Made by a program: the position numbers and the translations under genes. Below the pieces are notes generated by a model. The model saw only the letters and a program-made list of their open reading frames with translations. It searched no databases and was not told the DNA's origin. Of a stretch of DNA of 39,018 nt, positions 38,982 through 39,018 are shown piece by piece (position 1 is the stretch's first letter; each line of letters starts with the position of its first letter). Origin of the DNA: Octopus bimaculoides (lineage: Eukaryota); contig NC_068982.1 of assembly GCF_001194135.2 (NCBI RefSeq), forward strand, positions 159,654,475-159,693,492, read 5' to 3'.

Positions 38982-39018
<37 letters not shown>

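Noticed and set aside
1-39018. The many long ORFs of YIYI/HTHT/VCVC/poly-N/T/S/L type, and ORFs spanning X runs
   Set aside because: They are translations of microsatellites or assembly gaps, not genes.
1-39018. CRISPR array, rRNA or genuine tRNA genes
   Set aside because: No repeat-spacer array or rRNA similarity; tRNA-like segments are SINE heads lacking a full cloverleaf.

Overview
AT-rich, microsatellite-saturated animal genomic DNA with seven N-gaps. The SINE families and repeat texture point to an octopus/cephalopod genome (inference from recalled repeat consensus, not a database search). I find no host protein-coding gene that I can support; most listed ORFs are translations of simple repeats. 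The recognisable content is transposon debris: a Chapaev3-like DDE transposase remnant (~40-620), a ~1 kb fold-back element (1154-2167), a decayed R4/Dong-type LINE (~5.5-8.7 kb), a Penelope GIY-YIG fragment (29.2-29.45 kb), about ten tRNA-derived SINE copies and a Helitron-like fragment. The most interesting signal is a set of hammerhead-ribozyme-like cores. The best is a ~339-bp tandem-plus-inverted unit at 9.25-9.88 kb whose two copies together reconstruct a canonical type I hammerhead with a palindromic stem III (retrozyme/Penelope pLTR-like). Weaker cores lie at 2.26, 19.48 and 27.9 kb. Also notable are a 79-bp templated insertion inside the GIY-YIG fragment, a ~2 kb palindrome and several local duplications. 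All alignments and folds were done by eye, and coordinates of degenerate ends are approximate.
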